A stretch of 63,569 bases of DNA, the filler included, from Octopus bimaculoides (Eukaryota): the NCBI RefSeq assembly GCF_001194135.2. It is 9 parts of 8 records of this genome, joined end to end, with 100 filler letters (N's around TTAATTAATTAA, not from the genome) between each part and the next. Parts side by side here need not be neighbours in the genome. Positions count along the whole stretch, not along the records: positions 18,715 to 26,805 come from NW_026410429.1; positions 26,906 to 43,686 come from NC_068985.1; 7 more parts are not named here. The stretch is one strand, 5' to 3'. The stretch's first letter is position 1, and every line of letters starts with the position of its first letter. This document shows, piece after piece, positions 22,701-35,240 of the stretch. Below the pieces are notes generated by a model. It made no database searches and was not told where the DNA came from. It saw only the letters and a program-made list of their open reading frames with translations. Both the position numbers and the translations under genes were made by a program.

Positions 22701-24469
22701 TTCTCTCTCTCTCTTTCTTTCTCTCTTATTATAGTATAGATTACAGTATCTAGCGGTAATTCAATCTCAATTTTACAAAACCATAATTATTTTTAATCTC
22801 TACTCAATCTACGCAATGAAGATTTGAGTGGGGGAGGATTTTTTGGTGTGGAAAAACTGCGTCCAGTAGCTATCTCCAGTATTTTGTTGAGTGTTGTGTT
22901 TTTTTTTTTGCAGCGTGTTATTAAAGCTCTAAGATGCCGCCCAAATGCCCTGCATCTTCTAAGGCTTCTGGCAGTGAACCTAAGCGCCAGAAAAAGGTTA
23001 TGATACTCCATGAAAAGGCACAACTGCTAGTTATGTTGCAGAAAGGTAAAAGTTATGCCGCAGTTAGTCTCTATTATCATGTCACTATACGCTACATAAA
23101 GAAGAACGAGGTGGTGATCAGGACTACTGTAACAGTAAGTTTCTGTGAAAGTGCCAAAAAGATAACGATAGTGAGAAATAAGTACTTCGTCAGGATGGAA
23201 TCTGTCTTGGCATTGTAAATCAGTGACTGCAAGAAGAAAAACATCTCCTTGAGCAGTAACATCATCCGCGAGAAAGCGCGGAAATAATAGCAGTAGTTCG
23301 ACAGAGGAGACGGAGTAGAAGGCACCGAAAAATTGTAACCAAGACAATTGACAGCACCGGAGCCTGGAGATTTTCAAACCAGCAAGGGATGGTTTGAGCA
23401 TTTCCAGAAACAGTTTAAAATAAAGTGTGTTTCCCTGCATGGAGAGACAGCATCAGCCGACAAAAAAGTCGCCGAGAAGTACCGCGAGACCTTCAGATAG
23501 ATCATCGAGGACAAAGGATACAAGCCGGAACAGGTTTTCAATATGGATGAGACTGGCTTGTTCTGGAAGAAGATGCCTTCCAGAACGTACATCATGAAGG
23601 ACAAAGCCAGAGCCTCAGCATTTAAGGCACAGAAGGACAGAGTGACGCTAATTATGTGTGGCAATTCTGCTGGCTTCATGATGAAACCAGGACTTACCTG
23701 CAGGTCCGAGAACTCGAGGGCCTTCAAAAATAGGAATAAAAACCTTCTGCCTGTCCACTGGATGGACAATCCAAAGGCCTGGATTACCAAAAGTTTAACT
23801 TTGAATTGGTTCCACCAATGCTTCATCCCTCAAGCCAAGGAATACCTCCAAAATATTTGCATGGAATTCAAGGTGTTGCTTGTTATGGATAATGCTGGTG
23901 GTCACTCTTTGGACTTGAACCACGAGGGAGTTCGAGTCGAGTTCCTCCCTGCCAACACCACTTCCCTCATCCAGCCTATGGATCAAGGCGTAATCCGTGC
24001 CTTCAAGACACTTTACACTCGGAACTCTCCAAGACCTAGTGGACGCGATGGATTCGGACGAGAATTTCAAGTGAAAGGACACGATCGCAACGTGTCTGTC
24101 AGTCATCCACGCTGCTCTTAAAGACATGAAAGAAAGAAACCCTCATCATGCTGGAAGGTGTGGCCAGTGTGTCCCCAGGACTACGAGGGCTTCTCACCTG
24201 AAGATATTCAGCACGAGGCTGTCAACAATGCAGTGAAACTGGCAAAGGTACTTGGTGGTGAAGGTTTTGACGACATCACACAAGATGAGGTCAACGATTT
24301 CATCGATGCCCACTCTGAAACCCTGACAGAGGAAGATTTGTTGGAGTTAACTAAGTCTGCCAGCGAAGAGGAGGAAGTGTCAGATCCAGAGGAAGAGGAG
24401 GATGGGGTGGGCCTGGCAATCGAATGTCTGTCTGACCTTTTAAGGACAGCAAAGGAATTTCAAGGGAAG
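22214..24469 (+). mobile_element. Tigger/pogo DNA transposon, copy 2 (different subfamily; the 3' end runs into a gap)
   Basis: TIR-like CAGTGTACCCCCGCTTATTCGTGG at 22214, followed by a long transposase remnant. Confidence 0.92.
22934..24469 (+). pseudogene. TIGD1/Tigger-like transposase pseudogene
   Basis: MPPKCPASSKASGSEPKRQKKVMILHEK...; FQTSKGWFEHF; VFNMDETGLFWKKMPSRTY; KAQKDRVTLIMCGNSAG; LLVMDNAGGH; FLPANTTSLIQPMDQGVIRAFK. Has several stops and frameshifts. Confidence 0.95.
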
Positions 24470-25639
24470 NNNNNNNNNNNNNNNNNNNNNNNNNNNNNNN
24501 NNNNNNNNNNNNNNNNNNNNNNNNNNNNNNNNNNNNNNNNNNNNNNNNNNNNNNNNNNNNNNNNNNNNNNNNNNNNNNNNNNNNNNNNNNNNNNNNNNNN
24601 NNNNNNNNNNNNNNNNNNNNNNNNNNNNNNNNNNNNNNNNNNNNNNNNNNNNNNNNNNNNNNNNNNNNNNNNNNNNNNNNNNNNNNNNNNNNNNNNNNNN
24701 NNNNNNNNNNNNNNNNNNNNNNNNNNNNNNNNNNNNNNNNNNNNNNNNNNNNNNNNNNNNNNNNNNNNNNNNNNNNNNNNNNNNNNNNNNNNNNNNNNNN
24801 NNNNNNNNNNNNNNNNNNNNNNNNNNNNNNNNNNNNNNNNNNNNNNNNNNNNNNNNNNNNNNNNNNNNNNNNNNNNNNNNNNNNNNNNNNNNNNNNNNNN
24901 NNNNNNNNNNNNNNNNNNNNNNNNNNNNNNNNNNNNNNNNNNNNNNNNNNNNNNNNNNNNNNNNNNNNNNNNNNNNNNNNNNNNNNNNNNNNNNNNNNNN
25001 NNNNNNNNNNNNNNNNNNNNNNNNNNNNNNNNNNNNNNNNNNNNNNNNNNNNNNNNNNNNNNNNNNNNNNNNNNNNNNNNNNNNNNNNNNNNNNNNNNNN
25101 NNNNNNNNNNNNNNNNNNNNNNNNNNNNNNNNNNNNNNNNNNNNNNNNNNNNNNNNNNNNNNNNNNNNNNNNNNNNNNNNNNNNNNNNNNNNNNNNNNNN
25201 NNNNNNNNNNNNNNNNNNNNNNNNNNNNNNNNNNNNNNNNNNNNNNNNNNNNNNNATATACTAATAAGGTATGTATACTAAAATCGTGAAGCATGTTACG
25301 TAATAACAGGCTAATCAGATATGAGATAATAACAATTCAAAGTAATTAACTCTGAAAAGGGTTAGGGTTAGGGTTAGTATATTCGTGAATAAGTCACTAA
25401 CTGAAATAAGTGGATCCATTGTTTAAGAAAATACTATTTATTTGTTTAAGGGTTGTACTGGATAAATTGCGAAAATAACTCTAACAGTTCAAATACTAAG
25501 AAATAAGCATACTCAATTTAATTTATACCAAATAATTTAGGATATTGAATGGGTTATTTCCTTTGGCTATATATATATAAGGATCACTTCCAGGCTGTTA
25601 AAAGAAAATATATTAGATATATATATATAAGGATCCCTT

Positions 25640-25810
25640 TCAGGATCCCTATTATCGATTTTTTTTCAACAATCTGATTATGCCATGAGATTTCCAGACA
25701 TGAGTTCAACTCACGTGTCAAGTTTCATCAAAATCGATAAAACGATGTAGGATGAGTTAGCTAACAACTCCACAAACACAGACAGAATTTCCCACATATG
25801 TAGTAGATTA
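25640..25810 (+). mobile_element. Helitron/HINE-like 3' fragment
   Basis: gtcaagtttcatcaaaatcg...gagttagctaacaa...cagacagaatt resembles the aagtttcatccaaat segment of 11168-12041. Confidence 0.35.
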
Positions 25811-26070
25811 ATATTTATATATGTATATGTGTGTGTTCACACACACACACACACATACACCCATATATACGTCACAAAAAATCTGAGATTCATTCCAGGT
25901 AAACATTTTTATCTGAGTAATCAGACTTTACTATGAAAAATAAATTAGTTCAACTCTTCTTCCCTCACTCTTCCTTTCTCTCCCTCTCTCTCTCTCGCAC
26001 GCACACACGCGCATGCGCACGCGCGCGCGCACGCGCACACACACACACACACACATTTATTCCACAAACA

Positions 26071-26161
26071 CCATTGAAACCGAAATTATCTAGAAACCAC
26101 CGAAGTATTCTTTTTTCAGACGATAACATTTAAACAAGTTATCGTCTGCTAATAGCTTACA
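26071..26161 (+). repeat. Dispersed repeat G, copy 2, with 11-bp hairpin
   Basis: CAGACGATAAC-10 nt-GTTATCGTCTG (26117-26148). Confidence 0.8.
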
Positions 26162-27004
26162 GCCACCATTGCCTTTGTTTGCTGGCGTTATTAATCCCCA
26201 CACTCTTCATTAAGAACGTCTATTAGTCAATATTAAAGATGAAATACCTTATAAAATTCATTGAAAAATATTCATTGATTTTTTATAGTTATTTATAAAA
26301 CTGTACATGGCTAGTCATTCAGCACGAAGTTAGAAAAACAGATTTCTAAAGACGAAATTGATATTGTTTAGATTTTTATCATTCTATGCTGTTGACATTA
26401 TCGCTCATTGTTCTCTTCATGATGAAGCCATCTGAAGTTGAAACTGAAGTTTTAAGTATTTCATTAAATTCATTGAAAAAATATTGAATAAAATCGAAAA
26501 CGAAAATCGCCTAACTTAAAAAATAAAAAAGTTACAGCCATTTTCCCTCAGTGTCTAATTCCAATGTCCACCCGATTAAAAATTCAAATATATAATACAG
26601 ATCGATATAAAATAAAATAAAGAAATGAGGTAAAACAAAATAGTCTATCGGTTAAAAATTTTAAATGATTTAACATTATTAGAGTTAAAATATAAAGTTC
26701 TTCACTTCCCTCGGGTATAATTTATAATTTAAAACAGCAGACATTAATAGCTAAGTCCGTATCAAGTTTAGTATACACAAGAGATCACAAAAACACGGGT
26801 CAAAGNNNNNNNNNNNNNNNNNNNNNNNNNNNNNNNNNNNNNNNNNNNNTTAATTAATTAANNNNNNNNNNNNNNNNNNNNNNNNNNNNNNNNNNNNNNN
26901 NNNNNTATATATATATATATATGCACATATACATACATGCACACATACGTATGTATATTTACATACATACACGTATATATGTATACATACATATATATAT
27001 ACAT

Positions 27005-27168
27005 ATATACGACAGGCTTCTTTCAGTTTCCGTCTACCAAATCCACTCACAAGGCTTTGGTCGGCCCGAGGCTATAGTAGAAGACACTTGCCCAAGATGC
27101 CACGCAGTGGGACTGAACCCGGGACCATGTGGTTGGTAAGCAAGCTACTTACCACACAGCCACTCCTA
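27005..27168 (-). mobile_element. SINE family A head, near consensus
   Basis: Read directly against the other A copies. Confidence 0.9.
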
Positions 27169-27765
27169 TCACTTTTTCCTCTATACTTTTATCACATCTC
27201 CTTCCACACACACACTCTCTCTTTTCTTCCCCCAAATCATTTTATTTATCGATTTCTATATTTGTGGCGTTGTAAACTATCCTTGTAATGTATTCCTCAC
27301 TGGATGCCCCTGCGGCAAATACAAATGTCATTATTATAATCATCTGAGGTCATAAATGACACGTCTTATAAGTCTTAGCATTATTATAATTCTTCTCTTT
27401 GAACAATCCTGGCATAATTACTCAACAATTTAATGACTTATTCAATTAGTTAATTAATTAGTTTATTAATAATAATAAAAAATAAAAAAACTAATTAAAT
27501 TAATTGGTTATTCCAGTTTTATTTTTCCTCTAAATATAACTTTGACAATCGTTTTATTTTCAACTTTAGTGTATGAAATTAAATAACTTTGTAAACTGTA
27601 TAAAGAGAAGAAAGAAATTGAAAATACAATATATTAATTGAAATATAATTTTTTTACACAATTATATGACAGACACACGCACGTATATATATATACATGT
27701 GTGTGCATGTATGTATGTATGTATGTATGTATGTATGAATGTGTATATATATATAAACATGTGTG

Positions 27766-27798
<33 letters not shown>

Positions 27799-28069
27799 GC
27801 ATACATATACATATATACATGTATGTGTACTTANNNNNNNNNNCTACATACATATATATATACACACACACACATACACACGCACATGCGCGCGCACGCG
27901 CACACACACACACACATACACACACACACACACATACACACACACACACAGGTATACAGTCATACAGTCAATAGGAGACAGAGAGTCGAATCGATATGTT
28001 TGTGTATGTGTGCATGTGTGCGGATGCGTGTGTGTACAAGTATGTATGTATGTGAATATAGATGCATGT

Positions 28070-28392
28070 GAAGGCGCGTCGCTTAGTGATTAGAATATTC
28101 AGCTCACGATCGTAAATGTCGTGAGTTCAATTCCCGGCGAAGCGTTGTGTCCTTGAGCAAGACATTTTATTTCACGTTGTTCCAGTCCACTCGGCTGACA
28201 AAAGTGAGTAGTATCTTTATTTCAAAGGGCCAGCCATGTCACATTCTGTGTCACGCTAAATCTCCCTGAAAACTACGTTAAGGATACACGTGTTTGTGGA
28301 GTGCTCACCCGTGTGCACGTTAATTTCACAAGCATGTTGTTCTTTTGATCAGATCTACTGGAACTCTCGTCGTCGTAACCGACGGAATGCCA
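28070..28392 (+). mobile_element. SINE family C (C1 tail), full length
   Basis: Head ggcgcgtcgcttagtgattagaatattc...gagttcaattccc, Meta-like core, tail ending cgtcgtcgtaaccgacggaatgcc. Confidence 0.85.
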
Positions 28393-28454
28393 ACAAGCAT
28401 ACATACATTCATACATACATTATACATGGTATGTATGTATGTATGTATATATGT

Positions 28455-28625
28455 ATGTTAGCATGCCGCACAAAATGCTCAGCGATATTTCTTCCGAGTC
28501 TTCACACTTTCTGAGTTCAAGTTACACCAGGGTCAAGTTTGTGCTTCACTCTTCCAGGTTCGATAAGATAAAGCACCAGTCAAGTCCTGGGGTCGATGTA
28601 ATCGACTCAGAATTGTTGGTCTTGA
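28455..28625 (+). mobile_element. SINE family B, degraded
   Basis: gttagcatgccgcacaaaatgc...ctggggtcgatgtaatcgact. Confidence 0.75.
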
Positions 28626-28645
28626 CGGGTTATGAGCAAGATCAT

Positions 28646-29316
28646 CTTAACACTTTAGCATTAATATTTACTCTATCAAATTTAATATTTATTTAATTCA
28701 CATAGTCTTGAATTAATCATGCATTATCTCATAGTTTTGAGATGTCAATGAGAAAATTCTTAATTTTGGATTTTTTCTGTTTGGCTGCACCTGTGGAAAT
28801 TTCTACACACGGGAATTCGTACGATTATACGAAAACCAAAACAAAACATTGGAGAGTGCGTGATTTAAGTCCTATCTAGATGTTATTTTTAGCACATCAC
28901 ACCACCACCTCAATGGGTAGAATGTATTTGTCAACACGTACTATCTCGCAGACAAAAGAATTTTCATGCTTGGTTTGTTACTATGGAAACAGACATGAAT
29001 GTGTCTGTGTTTTACGACCTGGCTAAAATTACCCAAAATTTGCAAACTTTAAAAGCTAATTAACTTTTTATATTGATTTATTGCGAAAATGAATTTCATG
29101 GCTTTGATTAGCACATAAAACTACATCATTATACCGAATATGAAATCATATCGAACAAAAATTGAAGAAATCGAAAATTGGCAGCCAAACAGTAAAGATC
29201 ATTTATTTTTACTCTGACATTGTAGGGTAGGTGTGAAATGTTGGATCTGGCCAGTTTGAACAAAAAAGCGGCAGCATATTTTGGTCAGATAAGGTCGGTT
29301 TGAATGCTAAATGGTT
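28646..29316 (+). mobile_element. MITE family E interrupted by a 416-bp TIR element
   Basis: TTAA|CACTTTAGCATT...AATGCTAAATGG|TTAA. Confidence 0.75.
28777..29192. mobile_element. MITE with perfect 12-bp TIRs (probably TA-targeting)
   Basis: CTGTTTGGCTGC / GCAGCCAAACAG|TA. Confidence 0.8.
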
Positions 29317-29321
29317 AAATC

Positions 29322-29635
29322 ATGGAGCACTCCGTCGGTTACGAGGGTCCCAGCTGATATGATCAACGGAACAGCCTGCTCGTGAAATTAACGTGCAAGT
29401 GGCTGAGCACTCCACAGACACGTGTACCCTTAACGTAGTTCTCGGGGATATTCAGCGTGACACGGAGTGTGATAAGGCCGACTCTTTGAATTACAGGTAC
29501 TACTCATTTTTGCCAGCTGAGTGGACTGGAGCAACGTGAAATAAAGTGTCTTGCTCAAAGACACAACGCGTTGCCAGGAATTGAACTCACGGTCGTGAGC
29601 CGAATGCCCTAACCACTAAGCCACGCGCCTTCACT
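29322..29635 (-). mobile_element. SINE family C (C1 tail), well conserved
   Basis: Reverse complement of 28070-28392. Confidence 0.9.
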
Positions 29636-30218
29636 CGGTTAAATCATGAGCACACTGGNNNNNNNNNNNNNNNNNNNNNNNNNNNNNNNNNNNNNNNNNN
29701 NNNNNNNNNNNNNNNNNNNNNNNNNNNNNNNNNNTGTGGCTTACTTTCAATAAATATATACTAAAGGTCCCATGGCATTCATTTGCCCGGTAGTGACGGG
29801 AGGCAGCTATAAAGCTGTTAAGACGGTGCTTCTTACGAGCACTGCCTTCGCCCCTGACTGATAGATAAAAATAGGCTTCTTATAGTTCAGGCATGGGTAA
29901 TGTTTTCTTTTTTCTTTTCAAGAATCAGGCCACGTAAGACTTTAATCTTCATCAAACGAGCCTCACTATTAAAAAAAAAATTCAAGGTAATTTTTTTCGT
30001 TAGGCGCGCCATTCAAAAGGTCCCGCGGGCCGCAGTTTACCCGTGGGTGTCATAGATCATTAGTTTTAATTTATTCACCGATAGAAAATGTCATCCTCCT
30101 CTCTCGCTCACTCTTTCTCTCTCTCTCCTTCTATCTATCAATCTATCTATTTATCTATCTCTACTTACCTATCTACCTATCTATCAATCTATTTATCTCT
30201 GTGTATATGTGTGTCTGT

Positions 30219-30560
30219 ATACTTAAAATCAGATGACCCGAACACATAAGCAATATGGAGCTATGGCAAAGAACGAATCAAGTTCCGATTAGAGAGCAAA
30301 TATTTAAGGAAAAGTGGAAGTGGATTGGTAGCACAATTAGAAAGGACACACCAAATGCAGCGAAACGCGCTTTACAGTGGAATCCGGATGGATATAGAAA
30401 GAGGGGTAGGCCTAAGAACTCGTGGCGTAGAAAAAACACAAAAGGAACTAGAGAAAGGGAGACATTCATGGCAGAGTATAAGTACAGAAGCGAAAGATTA
30501 TGCGACATGGAATTCAATTATAAGTGGCCTATGCTCCGCGTTGGAGGGTTAAAGGCAAGG
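30219..30560 (+). pseudogene. RTE-clade LINE 3' ORF fragment (second RTE family)
   Basis: [41 protein letters not shown]...ALQWNPDGYRKRGRPKNSWRR, a typical RTE C-terminal region. Confidence 0.88.
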
Positions 30561-30984
30561 AAGGAAGGAATATGTGTGTCTGTATGTGCGTGTCTGTATG
30601 TGTGTGCGCGTGTGTGTGTGCGCGTGTGTTTCTGTGTGTGTGTGCGCGCGCGCGCCAGTGACTAAGTCTAAGGGAGACAATTACATGGTCAGATTATAAA
30701 GGAATGAGTGAATGCAATTAACCCATTGAGGCGAACAACCTCATTTTCAACATTTTTCGTTCTCTCACTTCAGTGTAATTTTAAATAAATTTTATCGATG
30801 TAAAATTACTTAAATTTCACACATTTGAAACTTTGAACCCAGCTCTGGCAAGCTTAACCTTAACTTATTAAATATTTAAGTGAAATCGTGGAATACACAA
30901 CAAGCGATGGCCTTTGGCAGCATACAGTTAAATATATATATATACTCAACACTAAAATAAGTTTTCTCAAATTTCGGTATTATT

Positions 30985-31660
30985 GTTATTTCTTTAGGTT
31001 CTGTGTTCAAATGTTGCCGGGGTCGGCTTTGCTTTTCATCCTTTTGGGGCCGATAAAATAAGTACCAGTTGAGCACTAGGGTCAATGTAATAGACTTAGC
31101 CCCTCACCGAAGCTGCTGGCCTTGTGCTAAAATTTGAAATAGAGCTGGCAGAATCGTTAGCACGCCGGGCAAAATGCATTTCGTCTGTCGCTACGTTCTG
31201 AGTTCAAATTCCGCCGAGGTCGACTTTGCTTTTCATCCTTTCGGAGGTCGATAAATTAAGTACCAGTTGCGTACTGAGGTCGATCTAATCGACTGGTCCC
31301 TTCCCAGAAAAAAAATTCGGGCCTTGTGCCTAGAGTAGAAAAGAATAAAATAAATACCAGTTGAGTACTGAGGTCTCCACAAAAATTTCAGGCTTTGTAC
31401 CTTTAATAGAAAGGATTATTATTATTATTATTATTATTATTAATTGAAGGCGACGAGCTGACAGAATCGTTAGCACGCTGGGTAAAATGCTTATCGGCAT
31501 TTCGTCCGTCTTTACGTTCTGAGTTCAAATTCCACCGGGGTCGACTTGCCTTTCATCCTTTTGGGGTCGATAAATTAAGTACCCTTTGCGTACTGGGGGC
31601 GATCTAATCGCCTGGCCTCCTCCCCAAAACTTTCGGGCCTCTTGCCTTGAGTAGAAGAGA
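30985..31660 (+). mobile_element. Tandem cluster of about 4 SINE family B copies
   Basis: Repeated gttcaaatt...gtcgactttgc...aagtaccagttg...gtcgatctaatcg blocks, with an (ATT)n tail at 31417-31443. Confidence 0.88.
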
Positions 31661-32310
31661 GTGTTTTTTTTTATATTTAAAAGCTTACCTGGCTTACGGG
31701 ACACTAAATTACAACACATACTTTTATATAACTTAAATAATTGTTGTGATATATGCACACATACTTTACTCAGTATGATTGCATAAATGTGCATGTGGTG
31801 CATATGGGTGCGTGTGTGTCTGCATGAGAACTGCCTGTTTTTTTGTGGGGTTTTTTTGGTTTTTGCTGCATAAGGAAGTCACTGCAACATTTTTGTATGA
31901 AGAGTAGCCTCCCTTGCATCCTATGATATATTTGTCTTTTTGTTTGCTTGTTTTTTTTTCCTCATTGCCTAAATATTTATTGTGTTGAAGAACAAAGCAA
32001 ATAATGTTACGCACCGGAGTTAAACACTTTGGTGAACAGAGGCCAAGACACGGTTTCGATTTCCAGTTAACATTCTATTCAATTCATTTACGCAACTAGA
32101 TATTTTTTAATAACTTGAATAAGTATGAATTTCTCATCATACCCCCTCCGTCTTCTCTCTTTCTCTCTCTTTATCTATTTATTTGTCTATCTATCTATCT
32201 ATTTATCCATCTATCTATCACTTTCTCTCATATAAGACATTGACTTAACAAACATCAACTGTTCATTTCACTCCAACAATAGCCAGATCAAATAACTATT
32301 TAAAACAGGG

Positions 32311-32367
<57 letters not shown>
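32311..32367. repeat. (TG)n microsatellite
   Basis: Read directly from the sequence. Confidence 0.98.
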
Positions 32368-32369
<2 letters not shown>

Positions 32370-33445
32370 ATATAGAGCTGTGTAGTTGTAACTATGTATT
32401 TGGACATACTTAAGACATAAACGCATCCAAGCAATCTATTATACAGTATATCTGTGGATAGACTATCAAATATATGAATGTCTATACGCAGATGAATTTA
32501 TATAATTTGTGTGTGTGTGTAATACACAAATGTATACATCTATATACAGTTTAAATGTAGACGTATTTGTGTATTTACACCATCTGTATGAGTACAGGTG
32601 TCAGTGTGTGTGTGTGTGTGTAGATATATATATAGAGAGAGAGAGAGGGGGAGAGGGAGAAAGAGAGAGAGACCTATATATATATATATATGTATGTATG
32701 TATATAATGTATATCTTTGTAAGCATGTATGTGTGTTTGTTTGTATATGTATGGACAATGTTTGTACAGATGTGCGTGTATATATGTATGAATGTGTAAG
32801 TTTATATGAATATATGTGCATCTATTAGTCTGTTTTAGTTTTCATGTCTTTGGCCACTCTGGAGCTTAATATAAACATACCCTTTTCATGCATATATGTA
32901 TGAGTGTATACATTTGAAGTATATATGTAAATGTGCATGCTATTATATTTATGTGTGTGTGCATGTCTGTATGTGTAAGTGCATACTCGCATGAATGCTT
33001 GTATGTGCGCATATATATGTGATTTATACGAGTACATATACACACACATGGAGTCTACATTATATTATAGAGAAAATATTGTTGTGGTTGTATAATAGAA
33101 AAAACTATATAAAAAATAATTGCATGTATGTTGATTTCTTTATGTATATATACACAGTTGTTGTGTGTATATATATAGATATAGATATAGATATAGATAT
33201 GGATATATATATATATATATANNNNNNNNNNNNNNNNNNNNNNNNNNNNNNNNNNNNNNNNNNNNNNNNNNNNNNNNNNNNNNNNNNNNNNNNNNNNNNN
33301 NNNNNNNNNNNNNNNNNNNNNNNNNNNNNNNNNNNNNNNNNNNNNNNNNNNNNNNNNNNNNNNNNNNNNNNNNNNNNNNNNNNNNNNATATGAATGTATG
33401 CTCATTAGATGTAACCATATGCTGGTATTGACTCTGGGTGTGTGT

Positions 33446-33483
<38 letters not shown>

Positions 33484-33699
33484 AAATATTTAATATATCT
33501 TCCTAATGTGCATGTTTATGTTCAGTCTGTAGTCCATATGGCCATATACAGTTATACATCCATATGTCTATTGCTGTTTATATAAAAGGTGTGTGTGTGT
33601 AGAAAGGGACAGAGTATGTGCAAGGGGAAAGGGAGGAGGGAAGTGCATAAAAAGAGGGGAGAGAAGGAAGCACAAGAGAAAAATATAGACAGGACACAA

Positions 33700-33735
<36 letters not shown>

Positions 33736-33830
33736 CATACACAAACTGAAACNNNNNNNNNNNNNNNNNNNNNNNNNNNNNNNNNNNNNNNNNNNNNNNN
33801 NNNNNNNNNNNNNNNNNNNNNNNNNNNNNN

Positions 33831-33880
<50 letters not shown>

Positions 33881-34129
33881 TAAACTTAAAATATTTTCAG
33901 GGGTGTGTGGTGACGTCATATTTCTTCATTAATTTGTATTTGTATGAAAAATTTTCTGATAGTTGTCTCAAGTTCATGGTTATCTGATGGTATGTCTGAT
34001 GGCTAGTGTTTGGAACAAGATACATGGCTGTCTGGCAAAGAATCATTTACCAAATTCTGGTGTCTACAAAAGGGAACAGAATAAAGCAGGTGGAGAGAAT
34101 AAAAACTTAAATGCATTGATTTAATTTAA

Positions 34130-34349
34130 CCCTTTAGCATTCAGATTACTCAGTCAAATGTAAAGCTTATTTATTCATGTTTTGAATTAATTATGCATTA
34201 TTTTGTGGCTTCGAGATTTTGATGATATGAATGTTCTATTCTTAGATAGACATTGTAGGAGAGATGCGAAAAGCTGGATCTGTTCAGCTTGAACATAAAA
34301 AAAGGCAGATTATTTGGGCCTAATACCGGCAAGTTTAAATGTTAAAAGG
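34130..34349 (+). mobile_element. piggyBac-like MITE family E, uninterrupted
   Basis: TTAA (34126-34129)|CCCTTTAGCATT...AATGTTAAAAGG|TTAA (34350-34353). Confidence 0.85.
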
Positions 34350-34653
34350 TTAATTGTTGTAAAGAAGCACGTTTTATTAGAAGCCAAGAATCAAAAGAAT
34401 CTCTGTATCAGAGATTGGCGCCCTCACCCACAAGAAGATTTCACTTACCTTCAAATATTAAACCAAAGGGGACAAATTTACTGGGTCATTAAGAGTATCA
34501 AATAAAATGCTGCATAGCATTTGTTCCAAATCTCTGCTCTCATATTTACCAAGGTCTGCTTTTTCTTTTATCCTTTTATTTAAATTTACTTATGGAAGCC
34601 CTTTACTCCCTGTTGAGCATAGGCCGCTGTCAACTTTTCCCAACTATTCTCAA

Positions 34654-35070
34654 CTCTTTACTCTTACTTGTTTCAGTCATTTGACTGCGGCCATGCTGGA
34701 GCACTGCCTTTAGTCAAGCAAATCGACCCCAGGACTTATTCTTTGTAAAGCCTAGTACTTATTCTATTGGTCTCTTTTGCCGAACCGCTAAGTTACGGGG
34801 ACGTTAAACACACCAGCATCGGTTGTCAAGCGAAGTTGTGGCGACAAACACAGACACACAAACATATACACACACATACATATATATATACATATATACA
34901 TATATACAACAGGCTTCTTTCAGTTTCCGTCTACCAAATCCACTCACAAGGCTTTGGTGGGCCTCAGGCTATAGTAGAAGACACTTGCCCAAGGTGCCAC
35001 ACAGTGGGACTGAACCCAGAACCACGTGGTTGGTGAGCAAGCTACTTACCACACAGCCACTCCTGCGCCT
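34654..35070 (-). mobile_element. SINE family A (A1 tail), full length
   Basis: Near-consensus reverse complement. Confidence 0.92.
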
Positions 35071-35240
35071 ATTATGAACTCTGGATTAATCATTTCTGCT
35101 TCTTTCCATTTGTATCCCTACTTCTGTAGCTTCCTTTGAGACTTTGCTACACCCTGTCATATGCTTCCCTGTGGAAAGGCCTTCTCCCAGGTCTTAGTGG
35201 TCCTCAGTTGGCATTGATACTGCTCTAACTTTGCTTTTTT

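Noticed and set aside
26425-26460. caTGATGA-AGC...GTT-GAAAC hammerhead-like string
   Set aside because: C3/U4 are disrupted, stem II is weak and there is no stem I, so chance is plausible in AT-rich DNA.
30015-30052. cccgcgggccgcagtttaccc, resembling a hAT/Charlie 3' end
   Set aside because: There is no matching 5' TIR or TSD (a gap lies upstream), and it is too short to call.
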